Assembly: GCF_964355755.1 (NCBI RefSeq)
Contig: NC_092673.1
Location: forward strand, 62,001 to 126,000
DNA from: Antedon mediterranea
Lineage: Eukaryota > Animalia > Echinodermata
Length of the DNA: 64,000 nucleotides
Reading direction: 5' to 3'
A model generated the notes under the pieces. That model had not been told where the DNA came from and did not search any database. It saw only the letters and a list, made by a program, of their open reading frames with translations. Shown here in pieces: positions 62,122 to 64,000 of the stretch. The position numbers and the translations under genes were made by a program. Every line of letters begins with the position of its first letter. Position 1 is the first letter of the stretch.

Positions 62122-64000
62122 ATGGGACAAAATACGTCGTCTTACAACAGCAATAATAGTGTCGGTGGTTTAGATAGTGGTGGTAGTTGTGGATCCAGCG
62201 CCGGTGGCGGAGGTGGTATGGCAGGCGGCCGAGGTACCGTTTTAATCTAGGACTAGGCGTAGCCTAAAAACGTAGGCCTAGGCCTATAATAGGTATTCTG
62301 GCTTATAAAAAGATGAGATAATTTATTTAGGCGCGTTTAAAAAAGTAGGTTAGGGCCAGCCTACTAGCCTAGGCTAGTAGTAGTAGTAGGCTAGTTTGTT
62401 ATGTGCAATTTGAAAGATTTACGCAATTTTAATTTAAGCAAAATACGCAGGAAATTTCAAATTAGGCCTAGGGCCTAGTAAGTAAGTAATTAGTTAGTAA
62501 AGTATTTTCACTGTTTTCAGTATTACGATTTGATTATAATATTACAATCAAAGCATGATAACTTTAGTTATAATATAGGCCTAGGCCTATCCTACATTCA
62601 TAAATAGTCACATTATTTATTAATAATTTAACAGAATAAAATGTTATAAAATAATAATTTATAAAGAATAAAAAGATTTTGTCAAAATAGATTATAAAAT
62701 AAGAGAGAAAAAATAAAAAAAGAAAGGCTGAAGTCCTCTCATTGCCGTAGATAGATGTGTTAGTATGAGCTAATGTATTGTACACGTTTCCTTGTGTGAT
62801 GTTCAATTGCGCAAGAAAATTAGTTCCGGTTACGAAGGGGCATTCCACAGTAATTCCAACATCAGTTGACAAATTTAAAAAAATGATTATTAGATGTACT
62901 TTTTATGGTTTGTGATGGGTTTTAGAAAATTTCCTTTAAATATTAATTTTATAATTCCTGTTTTAAATCGTAATTGTATTATACAGTATTACTTGTTGTA
63001 TTTTTGGGAGTACAAATACCTTGTACCTATCACTAACATTTTAAAAACAGCTAATAGTCTGTGAAATTGGTTATGCCAACAATTCTCAGTTTTTCTGTTA
63101 AAAATTAAGTATTTAAAGTGGAAATGGAACTTAGAGCTCCAAGAATTAAATTCCAAGTTCCAAGGCTGGCAATCTTAATTTTGGGAATTTTGCCCATATT
63201 ACACTACAGTCACATTTAAATATTTTTGTATACCTACTACCATACTTTAAACTTCAATATACAGTATAATAGTTCTTTTTCAAATATTTGTTTACTACTG
63301 AAGATATAGCAATTCAAACTTTCTAAGGTGTGATGTCTGTGACTAAAAAATACTGTGGAATTCCCCTGATACTCATCTGTAGAAGAGTATCCCTACAATA
63401 TTTTACAATTTATTTTAAAATTGACATGTTAATTACTAAATGTTATTGCTGTAAATTGTAAATATTCTAATTATCTTCAGGTAGTCAACAACAGCACCAC
63501 AGGCACTCTTGGACCTCTGGTAAATACAACAGTCCACATATTCCGATAGTAGGTGCTAGAACAGACGGCAGTGTTGATATGTTATTAAACTTTCATCATG
63601 TCCATGGAAAACATATCCAGTTATCAGAGAATGGTAAACTAGCATCGCGAGTTGGTAGCTTCTGTAACGCTATAGTTTTTACAAGTCGTCCAATAGCTGT
63701 CAACGAGGAAGTTAATATGGAGCTTATACATAGTACAAATTCTTGGAGTGGTGTTTTACGTTTTGGTTTCACACAACAAAACCCATCTAGGATAGCTCTT
63801 GGTGCTCTGCCAAAATATGCATGTCCGGATTTAACTGTGAAACCTGGTTACTGGGCTAAAGCTCTACGTGAGACTTATGCAGGAAATGGCAATTTGTTGA
63901 CATTCTATTGTAATGAGCTTGGTGAAGTGTACTTTAAAATGGATGATTCTAATTATCAACTGTTTTTCAGTGATGTTGATATTTCCAATCCAATTTGGGC
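62122..64000 (+). CDS. neur: Neuralized-family E3 ligase, 5' part (runs off the window)
   Basis: Exon 1 62122-62233 MGQNTSS...; exon 2 from 63481 encodes an NHR domain: FHHVHGKHIQL, SFCNAIVFTSRP, WSGVLRFGFT, LPKYACPDL, GYWAKAL. Confidence 0.9.

Overview
AT-rich (roughly 70%) eukaryotic DNA with short GT-AG introns, most likely from an invertebrate deuterostome such as an echinoderm (inferred from a Deu/Nin-core SINE, the gene set and TAGGCCTA-rich promoters). Host genes in order: an uncharacterised type I membrane glycoprotein (+), ERI1 (+), TNIP2/ABIN-2-like (+), a rhodopsin-class GPCR (-), a CHST11-family sulfotransferase with a second tandem catalytic exon (+), NCAPG (-) and the 5' part of neuralized (+). 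Mobile DNA is dense and nested. It includes a Neptune-type Penelope element with a minimal hammerhead, a four-element Helentron/HINE nest, two copies of a Helitron, hAT-, MULE-, Harbinger- and Kolobok-type non-autonomous elements, LINE fragments and a SINE. Four observations stand out. (1) Two unrelated genes, ERI1 (13x72 bp, in frame) and NCAPG (10x60 bp, stop-containing), carry minisatellites that multiply an exon end plus its 5' splice site. (2) A LINE sits exactly at an NCAPG acceptor, so one AG gives an in-frame CAP-G/LINE fusion and the LINE tail supplies a rescue acceptor. (3) HINEs are nested inside each other's T tracts and carry a tRNA-like cassette. (4) Two sulfotransferase catalytic exons may share one membrane-anchor exon. 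Exon boundaries were read by eye and may be off by a few bases. No database searches were run.
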